A stretch of DNA of 64,000 nucleotides, from assembly GCA_963828715.1 (NCBI GenBank), contig CAWHFX010000018.1, positions 9,178-73,177 of the forward strand, in the 5' to 3' direction. The DNA comes from an uncultured beta proteobacterium (GTDB taxonomy: Bacteria; Pseudomonadota; Gammaproteobacteria; Burkholderiales; SG8-41). The notes under the pieces were generated by a model. It saw nothing but the letters and a program-made list of their open reading frames with translations. It was not told the origin of the DNA and did not search any database. The position numbers were made by a program, and so were the translations under genes. This document shows positions 21,722 to 30,257 of the stretch, one piece after another (the stretch's first letter is position 1; the number at the start of each line of letters is the position of its first letter).

Positions 21722-22342
21722 ATGAAGTACGACTTTCTGATCGACAGCTACGACACCGAACGCCTCAAAGTGCTGAGCGTCTGGAGCGAGTTCGCCGACG
21801 ACGACCTCAGCGTCCGGCCGAAGCCGGACGACCCACGCGGACGCAGCCTCCACGAGCACATGGTCCATCAGTGCGTGAGCGAGGACAACTGGTTTCGCAA
21901 CATGCTCGGGATCGATGTCGGAGCGCCGCCGCTTCCCGAACGTGAGGTACGGCTTCAATTCATCATGCGCTACGCAGAGGACAGCGGCCGCCGGCTCGAA
22001 CGGCTCCGCCAGACCGACGACGCGTGGTGGGAGGCGCTCACATCCTTCTTCGACGTTGGCCGGTCGCGAGCCTGGGTCATGACGCGACGGCTGACGCACA
22101 CGTCGCATCACCGCGGGCAACAGATGGCGATGCTTCGCATGCTCGGACGCGAGCTGCACAGCACATATGGACCAACGGCCGACACCGGTGGCTTGATGCA
22201 GAATCATGCGCCGACGGTTTACGCCTACGCCAACCTCGAGGCGCTGCTTGAAGGTGAGGGCCGAGGCGGTGCCAAGGCTCCCCTGCCCGGCGCATCGGGC
22301 ATCGCCGTGACTGAACGTCCTGGGTTACGGCAGCGCGCGTAG
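21722..22342 (+). CDS. DinB-family (DinB_2-like) four-helix-bundle protein
   Basis: Start MKYDFLIDSYDTERLKVL at 21722. HEHMVHQCVSE ... THTSHHRGQ histidine pattern is typical of DinB-like proteins. Confidence 0.65.
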   Translation: MKYDFLIDSYDTERLKVLSVWSEFADDDLSVRPKPDDPRGRSLHEHMVHQCVSEDNWFRNMLGIDVGAPPLPEREVRLQFIMRYAEDSGRRLERLRQTDDAWWEALTSFFDVGRSRAWVMTRRLTHTSHHRGQQMAMLRMLGRELHSTYGPTADTGGLMQNHAPTVYAYANLEALLEGEGRGGAKAPLPGASGIAVTERPGLRQRA

Positions 22343-22888
22343 CCCGAAGAACTCTGCCGCTTCGGCCACGGTCGGATCGTCTAGATGCAGCGATCGAACC
22401 GAGCGGACTCGCAGCTCTGATGCGGCTCGCTCGAAAAGCGTTACGTTGATCCAGAGGGCTTCATACGTGGACCACCAGCGCACGCCCGCGGCATTGCGGT
22501 GCCGATCGTGGAGCGTCAGCGCCTGCGGCCGGGTCACCCGCCGTGCGCGGGTCGCGACCTGCGAGGGGCGAAGGCGCTCACGCCGCAGCACCACCGGGTT
22601 GTCGAGATCAACAAGCTCCGCCTCGTCGTCCAACTCGAGGTCGGCCACGGCGAGTGGCAGCCCGCGGCGGCGCAGCAACGAGGGCACCAGTCGTTGGCCG
22701 CGAAACCGGGCGAGCTGTTCGACCACCGTGGAGAGCGCAGAGACTGAGAGATACAGGCAGCCGTAGCGGTCGGGATTGTCGTGACGACCTTCACCCTGGT
22801 AGATGCGCGGAAACCAGAGCGGACCGTCGACCCCGGCGTCACCGGCTTGCTCGTCCCAAGCGAAGCACCGATGGAGGATCACGTCCAA
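22325..22888 (-). CDS. RES-domain toxin (NAD+-targeting toxin family of RES-Xre TA systems)
   Basis: 187 aa. It lies immediately downstream of an Xre/DUF2384 antitoxin gene with an 11-nt gap. RES-domain-like core (GRHDNPDRYGCLYLS...VDL...WWST). Confidence 0.75.
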   Translation of the reverse strand: MDVILHRCFAWDEQAGDAGVDGPLWFPRIYQGEGRHDNPDRYGCLYLSVSALSTVVEQLARFRGQRLVPSLLRRRGLPLAVADLELDDEAELVDLDNPVVLRRERLRPSQVATRARRVTRPQALTLHDRHRNAAGVRWWSTYEALWINVTLFERAASELRVRSVRSLHLDDPTVAEAAEFFGLRALP

Positions 22889-22898
22889 CTCCGACGGG

Positions 22899-23231
22899 TC
22901 ACGCGAAGCTATCGGATCGCTCGGCGCGGATGGCGCGCATCAACTCCTCGGTGCGTCCCATGCGAATCAGATCGACCGGGCGCCGATCCCCGAGCAGCGG
23001 GTTGACGCCGAAGAGCCAGGCGAGGGCGGCGTCCCGGTCGTAAATGCGAAGGACATTCGACCAGACGAGCTCGAGCAGATCAACCTTCTCGGCGTTGAGC
23101 GGATCGATACCGGCGCCGCGCAGCCACCGTGTCACCTGTGAGCGGCTCACGCCGAGCAGGTCGGCCAACCGCGCCGCCGAGCGGAAATCGACACTCAGCG
23201 TCCGCACCTTCTGGGCCAGGGCAACCGGCAT
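22899..23231 (-). CDS. Xre-type antitoxin with MbcA/ParS-like C-terminal domain (DUF2384)
   Basis: HTH segment LADLLGVSRSQVTRWLRG, then AALAWLFGVNPLLGDRRPVDLIRMGRTEELMRAIRA, typical of the DUF2384 antitoxin domain. Confidence 0.8.
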   Translation of the reverse strand: MPVALAQKVRTLSVDFRSAARLADLLGVSRSQVTRWLRGAGIDPLNAEKVDLLELVWSNVLRIYDRDAALAWLFGVNPLLGDRRPVDLIRMGRTEELMRAIRAERSDSFA

Positions 23232-23246
23232 AGGGGTGGTACTTTA

Positions 23247-23267
23247 GCGCAACAAACTTTGTTGCGC
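23247..23267. promoter_or_regulatory. Perfect 10+1+10 palindrome GCGCAACAAA-C-TTTGTTGCGC upstream of the antitoxin gene; candidate TA operator
   Basis: It lies 16 nt upstream of the antitoxin start (23231). An additional TGTTGCGCA half-site is at about 23278..23286. Confidence 0.6.
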
Positions 23268-23340
23268 AACACTGTCTGTTGCGCAGTTTTCAGGCCCGTG
23301 ACCTGGGCTGTTTTGCAGAGCCGCGCCGCCGACTGATGGC

Positions 23341-23779
23341 GTGCGTTTAGGCACAAACAATAACAACTTCGTCCCGATTCGCGTCCACGCGCGCGAACAG
23401 GCGGCCGAGTTCAAGCGGCTCGGCGCTCGTTATAGCGCGCAATGGACGCCAACCATCCTGGTCCTTGATCGCACGGGCGAGGAGCGTCATCGCATCGAGG
23501 GTTTCCTGCCGGCGGACGACTTTCTCCCACAGCTGATGCTTGGCGTTGGTCATGCGGCGTTCGCCGAAGGCAGGTTCACCGACGCCGAGAGCCACTTCGC
23601 CCAGGTCATCGAGCAATTCCCAAAAGCCGATGCGGCACCGGAGGCGCAGTACCTGGAAGGGCGTGTCGCGATACAAGGCGACTGGCGACCCGTCTGCACT
23701 GGCTGCGACGGCTCGCGAGTTCGCGCAGCGCTACCGCGAGACCTCCTGGGCGAAGAAAGCCTCGGTTTGGGACAAGTAG
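23341..23779 (+). pseudogene. Thioredoxin-fold protein fragment, 5'-truncated and frameshifted
   Basis: ...NFVPIRVHAREQAAEFKRLGARYSAQWTPTILVLDRTGEERHRIEGFLPADDFL, then a TPR-like tail. No signal peptide or CxxC region; an in-frame stop is at 23299. The C-terminus (WKGVSRYKATGDPSALAATAREFAQRYRETSWAKKASVWDK*) is in another frame after about 23655. Confidence 0.65.
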
Positions 23780-23876
23780 GGGTTCCGCAGGGTTCTAGAG
23801 AACCTGAACCTTGTAGAACTTTGCTGAACGAACCTTGTAGAACCTTGCAGAACCCGGTAGAACCTTGTAGAACCTG
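23780..23876. repeat. GGTTC/GAACC array: short palindromic head (ggttctagagaacc) followed by a 10-bp-phased CCTTGTAGAA series
   Basis: ggggttccgcagggttctagagaacctgaacc ttgtagaac...gaaccttgtag aaccttgcag aacccggtag aaccttgtag aacctg. Same unit as the arrays at 1233..1316 and 1721..1762. It ends 4 nt before the start of 23880..24794. Confidence 0.8.
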
Positions 23877-23879
23877 TCC

Positions 23880-24794
23880 ATGATGACTCATCGGAGGGAT
23901 GTGCTTCGCGCGGCTGCGACAGCGCCGTTCAGTTTGCTCGCCCTTGGCGCTGACAAGATCGAGGCGGCGCCTCCGGGCTCACCGCCGCCGTACACGCTGT
24001 CGATCAACATCGAGATCATGTTCAACGCTGGACGCGGCAATCCGCCGATGCCGCGGGCGGATCGCATCCGGGCCGTCGCCGCAAAAGGATTCAAGGCGTA
24101 CAGCTACTGGAACGCCAGTCCGGACGAACGAAAGTCGATGATTCAGGCGCAGCAGCAAACCGGGTTGAAGTGCGTCAGCCTGGTGGGCACCGGCAACGCG
24201 GGCGGCACGACGGGCTTCACCAAGCCGGGCGCTCAGGAGGCGTTGCTGGCAGAAATCAAGGAACGCGTCGAGATTGCGAAGGAGTTCGGCACGCAGCCGG
24301 ATCTGATCAGTTTCGTGGGCATCATCCAGCCGGATGTGCCATGGGACACGCAGCGGGGCCAGATTATCGAGGGGCTGAAGCGCGCCGGCGATATCGCGGC
24401 GGCAGGTGGTGTCACGATCGCTGTCGAACCGCTGAGCGTGAATCCCAACCAGGCGCGGCGTGCGCTCGATCGATGCATCGAAGCCTTTCCCGTCATCAAG
24501 GAAGTCAACCACCCGAACGTAAAAATCTGCTTCGACATGTACCACCTGCAGCGCACCGAGGGAAATCTCGTCGTCAGCCTCCGCAACGGCCTGCAGGACA
24601 AGCTGATCAAACTCGTGCAGGTCGGCGACAACCCGGGACGGCTCGAGCCGGGCACGGGCGAGATCAACTATCCCTTCATCTTCAAGGAACTGCGGCGCCT
24701 GAACTGGACCGGTTACGTCGACACGGAACATGGAACGTCGAGCACTCCCGAGTACGCGATGGACGTGGTCAGAAAGATGGCCGAGGAGAACTGA
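23880..24794 (+). CDS. Tat-exported sugar phosphate isomerase/epimerase (hydroxypyruvate-isomerase-like TIM barrel)
   Basis: MMTHRRDVLRAAATAPFSLLALGA leader, with ...IAVEPLS...CFDMYHLQ...GYVDTEHG typical of xylose-isomerase-like TIM barrels. 304 aa. Confidence 0.75.
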   Translation: MMTHRRDVLRAAATAPFSLLALGADKIEAAPPGSPPPYTLSINIEIMFNAGRGNPPMPRADRIRAVAAKGFKAYSYWNASPDERKSMIQAQQQTGLKCVSLVGTGNAGGTTGFTKPGAQEALLAEIKERVEIAKEFGTQPDLISFVGIIQPDVPWDTQRGQIIEGLKRAGDIAAAGGVTIAVEPLSVNPNQARRALDRCIEAFPVIKEVNHPNVKICFDMYHLQRTEGNLVVSLRNGLQDKLIKLVQVGDNPGRLEPGTGEINYPFIFKELRRLNWTGYVDTEHGTSSTPEYAMDVVRKMAEEN

Positions 24795-24929
24795 CAATCG
24801 CTGATCACTGATCACTGATCCTGAATCGCTGATCGTGGCATCCCTGATCCTTGAATCGCAGAATCCACTCGAGGATTCGAGGATTCAAGGATCCAGTGAT
24901 TCACGGATTCACGGATGAGAGATTCGCGA
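24795..24929. repeat. Satellite-like 7-8-bp-unit repeat block forming a long imperfect hairpin between convergent genes
   Basis: ctgatcactgatcactgatcctgaatcgctgatc ... gaggattcgaggattcaaggatccagtgattcacggattcacggatgagagattcgcgatcagtgatcagggattagtgatt. The left and right halves are partly reverse-complementary. Confidence 0.75.
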
Positions 24930-25889
24930 TCAGTGATCAGGGATTAGTGATTGTTCGGCCACGATCGAGCGCACAGCCTCCGGCCGATCGAAGTGCACCA
25001 GGTGAGCGGCGTCCGGTATCACGGTGACCGTGCTCCCCGGGGCGGCTACCCTCTCTGGCAGCTGCGTGATCAGCGCCGCCGGCGTCAGCGCGTCGCTGTC
25101 ACCGAATACGTAGTGCACGGGAATCGCCACGCGTGGCGGATTGGCCAGCAGGTCCAGCGAGGCCAGCTCCGGCAGCAGCGTGCGTTGAACGACAGCCAGG
25201 TTGCGCAGCGCCTTCGCCGTACCGAGGACGCCATACGTCATGAGCATGCCGATCAGCATCTCTCGCATGAGCGCGCTAGATCGACGCCCGTGTTCAAGCG
25301 CCCCGAGATCCGCCAGCAGTTTGGCCCGCCGCTGGAACCTGGCCACATCGACAAACGGTGGATGCCCGAGCTTCGTGACCGTTTCGGTCAAGCGGCGGTT
25401 CCCGGCCCGCGCGCTTTGGAGTTGCAGGAAATCGTGGGCTGAGGCATCGCTCATCGCGGCCTGTGAATCGGGGGAAATCGCGACGACTGCCTTTGCATGG
25501 CTGCTTTCGTGCTCAACGGCCTGCAGGGCGATGGTGCCGCCCAGCGAGATGCCGAGCAGCATGATCGGCTGGCATGTTTCTGTGTGTACCCAGCGCAGAA
25601 CGGCGCGGAGGTCTTCGACCTGCTGTCGCATCGACACGCTTCGCGCGTCCCGTAGCGAGGCGGTTCCACATCCGCGCTGATCCCAGTAGCTCACCAGGAA
25701 ATCTCGTTCCAGGCCGAGCAGCCGCTGAAACTTTGCGACCTCGTGCAGCAGCGGAACACCGGGCCCAGCCTGCACGACGAGGAGCGGAGGGAGCCCTTCG
25801 CGTTCCGCGCAGGTGCGGATCCGCTGCCTCGACCCATTGATGTCGAGCGTCACGTTCTTGTCGATTGCGAGCGGAGTCGGTCTCTTCAT
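24930..25889 (-). CDS. Alpha/beta-fold hydrolase
   Basis: Nucleophile elbow LLGISLGGTIAL (GxSxG), and C-terminal PDAAHLVHFDRPE with the catalytic His context. 319 aa. Confidence 0.8.
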   Translation of the reverse strand: MKRPTPLAIDKNVTLDINGSRQRIRTCAEREGLPPLLVVQAGPGVPLLHEVAKFQRLLGLERDFLVSYWDQRGCGTASLRDARSVSMRQQVEDLRAVLRWVHTETCQPIMLLGISLGGTIALQAVEHESSHAKAVVAISPDSQAAMSDASAHDFLQLQSARAGNRRLTETVTKLGHPPFVDVARFQRRAKLLADLGALEHGRRSSALMREMLIGMLMTYGVLGTAKALRNLAVVQRTLLPELASLDLLANPPRVAIPVHYVFGDSDALTPAALITQLPERVAAPGSTVTVIPDAAHLVHFDRPEAVRSIVAEQSLIPDH

Positions 25890-26605
25890 CAGCGTTGACC
25901 CTCAAGCGGATGCGCGACTTCCGGACCAACGCGACGGGGTTGATGTCGACGCCCTGGAATGGTTTCTTCCGCGAGAACACCCACGAGCGTCAACGTGGCG
26001 ACGATCTGAATGAACACCACGGTGACAACCATCAACGGGTGGCCCGCCAGGTACTCTTCGGGACCCGGAATCGCCGCTGAGAAGAGCGTGATGTTGGCGA
26101 TGTTTCCAAGAACGATGACGGCGAGCAGCGAGCGGCGTCCGCGGTAGATCCACCAGCAGAACAGGCCATAGGCCATCTCGAGCGCGAAACCCCACATCGG
26201 CGCGCGATCGTAGAGACCCAGTCCGAGCGCCGGCCACGAACTGCCCGGCCAGAGCGCAATGTCTCGCGCATGTGTCACCAGGTCGAGGACGAGGTGCGAG
26301 AAGATGCCGATGCCGATAGCTCGCCCGAGGAGCGGCCGCCCCAGTCCGTTCTCAATGAACAGCCACGCCAGCAGTGCACCGGCGGCAGCAGTTGCCACGG
26401 AATGCGAGAACGGCATGTAGGCAAGATGAATGTCCGCGACGCTGTGGACGGAGGTTCCCGTCGTGGTCCGTTCGACACCGAGGTAGTTGAGACCGACCCA
26501 CGCCAGCTCCATGGCTTGAACCGAGAGGAGCAGCGGCGTCAACGACACGGATGGAAACCGTCGCTTGATGATCAGGGCGGTGGCGGCATGGTCGACGGCA
26601 AACAT
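25889..26605 (-). CDS. Polytopic membrane protein (possibly YdjM/DUF457-like metal-dependent hydrolase)
   Basis: 238 aa with at least 6 hydrophobic helices and His-rich loop motifs (FSHSV, FSHLVLDLVTH). Its stop overlaps the start of the downstream hydrolase gene by 1 nt. Confidence 0.5.
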   Translation of the reverse strand: MFAVDHAATALIIKRRFPSVSLTPLLLSVQAMELAWVGLNYLGVERTTTGTSVHSVADIHLAYMPFSHSVATAAAGALLAWLFIENGLGRPLLGRAIGIGIFSHLVLDLVTHARDIALWPGSSWPALGLGLYDRAPMWGFALEMAYGLFCWWIYRGRRSLLAVIVLGNIANITLFSAAIPGPEEYLAGHPLMVVTVVFIQIVATLTLVGVLAEETIPGRRHQPRRVGPEVAHPLEGQR

Positions 26606-26668
26606 GTGACCCTCAATCCAGGGCCGATCGACAGGTGGCCCTGAGACTGATTGTGCCGGTCGACTTTT

Positions 26669-27346
26669 CTAGAGGCTGTGACTTTCGTCACGCGCGCGGG
26701 ACCAGAGCTGGCGGCTCATCCGAACAGGATCGAGAATCTCCACACGCCCGGGCGACGTTCGGACGAGTTGCTCGGCGCGAAGCTCTGCGAGGACCCGTGC
26801 GACGACTTCGCGAACCGACCCCACGCTGTTGGCGAGATCCTGTTGGCTCACGAGCGCGGTGAACCGCCCGTCGGCTCCGGAACGCGACGCCGCGAGGTCG
26901 AGGAGATGGCGTGCGACCCGCTGGCGGACGGAAGCAAACGTGTTGCCGGCCAGTTCTTCGAGCACGTCGTACAACCGATGAACCGCCTCTTGCGCGAAGG
27001 CCCAGGCCACCGATGCATCGCTGCGCGCCATTCGTGTAACAAGATCGATCGCGAAGAAGAAGGCGGCGCCCGATACCACCGCTTGCACGAACACAGGTGC
27101 GGGTCCGCCAACAAGCGCCGGCACGCCCAACAGATCGCCAGCGCGGACATAGCGCACGGTGACCTGACGTCCGTCGCTGGCATGCATGTAGACGCGAAGC
27201 AGGCCCTCGAGGACGACGGCCAATCCAACGGCGTCCGCTTCGGCGTATACGGTCTGGCCGGCCGGAAATTCCACGATTCGGCCGCGTTCGACGAGCGATT
27301 CGATCGTCTCGATCGGCAACGACGCCCAACATCCCCGTCGAAGCAT
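26669..27346 (-). CDS. Crp/Fnr-family transcriptional regulator
   Basis: cNMP-binding-like beta-roll (FPAGQTVYAEADAVGLAVVLEGLLRVY...) and C-terminal HTH (SQQDLANSVGSVREVVARVLAELRAEQLV). Start MLRRGCWASLP at 27346; the ORF is open up to 27466. Confidence 0.8.
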   Translation of the reverse strand: MLRRGCWASLPIETIESLVERGRIVEFPAGQTVYAEADAVGLAVVLEGLLRVYMHASDGRQVTVRYVRAGDLLGVPALVGGPAPVFVQAVVSGAAFFFAIDLVTRMARSDASVAWAFAQEAVHRLYDVLEELAGNTFASVRQRVARHLLDLAASRSGADGRFTALVSQQDLANSVGSVREVVARVLAELRAEQLVRTSPGRVEILDPVRMSRQLWSRARDESHSL

Positions 27347-27490
27347 TGCGATGACGCCAGTGCGAGTGAATTCGGGGCGTGGCTGAAGGGGTGGATGCAC
27401 CACCTGATCAGAGTAGAACGAAACACCACTTGCACGCGACGCTGGCGGAGTGCTGGCCCGACCCAACTCACGCGTGATCGTCGCATTTCA

Positions 27491-28903
27491 CTACTGACCC
27501 GACACGCGCTCCTGGCGCAGCCGCAAAATCTCGTCGCTGGCGTCGAACCGCGAATCGACGAGCGGGCGAGGCGCGAGACCGAGCCCAATCAGTGCGATCA
27601 CGAGTGCCACGAATGTCCACGCTTCGCGCGGCCTCAACCCGAGCCGCAGGCTGGGATGCGCCAGCACCTCCGAGCGGCCGCAGAAGAGCGAAAAGTACAT
27701 CCGCAGCACGGCCAGGCCGGTCAGCGCCGACGCAATGACGACGGCGAATCCCATGACCGGGAACACGTCGACGGCGCCGTCGACCAGAAGCTCCTGACCG
27801 ATGAAGCCGAGCGTTCCCGGAAAGCCGGTGCACGCGAGCCCCATGGCGAGAAAGCTGATCGCCAGCAGCGGCATGCGCTCGTACCCGCCGTGATACGTGG
27901 TCAGATCGAGCCGCCCGCGGCGCGCCTCGAGGACGAGGACGCGAGCGGGCGAGTCCCGCAAACCCCAACCCTGCCGACAGCCACACTACCAGGCCACCGG
28001 CCAGCGCGGTCACGCTCGTGCAGTCGAGGCCAGCCATCACCAGCGCCGACTGACTCATGAAGAGGTAGCCGCATGCCCGACGGGCGCTGCGTCTGAACCA
28101 GCGCGAGCGCCGCACCGTACACGGCGGTCCCGAGCGCCAGGAGGGCGATGATCCGCAGCATCTCGGGCGAGGCCCGCGGCACGATCAGCACCACGGTCAT
28201 GTACGCGCCCACCTGCGGGGCGTTGAACAGGATGGCGGGGCCCAGTCGTCCGTGATCGAATACCTCCGGCACCCACGCGTGAAACGGCACAATCCCTTTC
28301 CGCACGAGCGCGGCGATCACGATCAACCACATGGCCGCCGTTTCGACGCGCGGTGTTCTGCGCGCCAGGACTGACGAGCAGCGCGACGCCGATCGCAAAC
28401 AACAGCGTCGAGACGCCCAGATACACCGCCACGACGCGGCGCTGGTACTGATGCGCGGGATCCGCGAGTGCGGACAGGAACGTCCAGACGGAGGCCACCG
28501 ACAAGATGAGGAGTACGAGCGCGCTTTCCGTGAGAAAGGACGCCAGCGTGATCAGCGTCGCGAGGGCGGTTCGCCGCAAGCCCCGCCGATCGAGCGCTGC
28601 GCGCGGCGTGACCGCGACGGTGAGCAGCCACAGTCCTGCCGCGAACGGCAGAAGGGCGGCCGAGAGCGTGTCGATCCGAATGATGTCTTCTCCGCCGGGA
28701 ATCCAGCTGAGCGCGGAGGTGCGGATCGAGAAGTCGCGCAGAGGTGGCGAGAGCGGGATGACGAGAGCCGCCAGCACCATGGCGATCGCCGACGCGACCG
28801 CCAGCCGTCGCAGTCGTTCGACATCGACGCGCAGAAAGGAGGTGCCGATCACGAGCGCGGGCAGCGCGACGAGCCCGGCAAGCCACAGCCGTGCGTCACT
28901 CAT
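27491..28903 (-). pseudogene. NuoM/NuoN-like proton-conducting membrane transporter (PF00361-type), 3 frameshifts
   Basis: Start MSDARLWLAGLV overlaps the dabB stop (ATGA). Family pieces IVPFHAWVPEVF..., ACGYLFMSQSALVMAGL, GFPGTLGFIGQELL lie in four frames. Frame changes are near 28360, 28090 and 27955. Confidence 0.75.
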
Positions 28904-30257
28904 CTCGATCGCCTCCGTCGACCGCAGCCGGGTACTCGAGCCGGCAGCACGGCATCGCACAGCCACTGGTCGAGACGTGTGAGCAGGCGTGCGAGTCGAG
29001 TAAAGGGCTCGACCACGACACGGTCGAGGATGCTGTCGAGGAATCCACGTTCGAGCGCGATCAGGAACAGCCGTCGACGGGCGCGCTCCGATCCGACCAC
29101 TCCGAGGTGGCCGCCATCCGGAGAGGCGTGGTCACCGATGGCGTCTTCGATTCCGTGCAGATCGTGGAGGACGTTCGGCGCGCTCAGGAATTGCAGCAGC
29201 CGAAAGCAGGCGTGTCCCGCCAGATGGACGAACGCGATCGTGTACCAGCCGATGGCGATTTCGACGACGATGAGGCCAACCTGCGTGAGGGAGGCGTAGG
29301 CGAGCGACGACTTCACGTCGCTCTGCACGCGCGTCGTGATCCCGGCGAACAATGCCGTGGCCGCGCCGAGGCCGCCGGCCAGGAGCCGGGCCGCAGGTGC
29401 CTGTTCGAGCAGCGGCGCCGCACGCAGCAACAGAAAGCAGCCGGCGTGAATCGAGAGCGACCCATAGTAGACGGCGCTCGACGGTGTGGGCCCCTCCATC
29501 GCTCGCGGCAGCCAGCTCGAAAAGGGCAGCAACGCGCTCTTGCCCGCGACGGCCACGATGAGGAGGATGGCGATGATCGTCGCGTTGGTGGCCGTCAGCG
29601 TGGCGGTCGAAGCCGCCCGCCGCCAAACAGGAGCGACAGGCTGTCGGTGCCGGCGACGTGCCGCAGCAGGACCGCGGCCGACAGCATGGCCGCGTCGCTG
29701 ATGCGGTAGACCGACAGGACGCGAAACGCATTCGACACCGCGGCGGGCCGCTCGTGGAAGAACGCGACGAGCAGCGCCGAGCTGAGACCGACGAGTTCCC
29801 ACCCGATGAAGAGGACCGCCACGTTCCCGGCAAGCGCCACCAGCAGCATGCCCGTGACGAACATCGCCAGCAGCACGAAGTAGCGGTTGTAGCCTGACTC
29901 CCGGTGCAGGTATCGATTCGAAAACGCCGACACGACGCCGGCGATGGCGGTCGAGAGCGTCGCGAACGCCAGCGAGAGTCGATCGACGAGGAACTCGATC
30001 GCGATGCCGCCCTCGTGGGAGGCCGACCAGGCGCCGTACGAGAGCAGTTGCGTGGCGGTTCCCGTCATGCCGTACACGACGAACGCCACGAACAACGCGG
30101 CGCACGCCATCGTCATCGAACTGCCGGCGAGCAGGCCCGTCCAGCGCTCCGGCAGCGGGCGGTTGACGAGTGACGCGCCGCCGAGCAGCGCGAGCAGGAG
30201 CGCCGGCGATCCGACGCCGACCAGCACCAACACCGCGAGAGGAACGCTCGTCGTCAC
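28900..30257 (-). pseudogene. dabB: DabB-like NuoL/MrpA-type proton-conducting subunit, 1 frameshift
   Basis: Candidate GTG start at 30257 (VTTSVPLAVLVLVG). NRYLHRESGYNRYFVLLAMF..LFIGWELVGLSS lies in one frame and GKSALLPFSSWLPRAMEGPTPSSAVYYGSLSIHAG in another. The frame change is near 29620. Confidence 0.75.
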
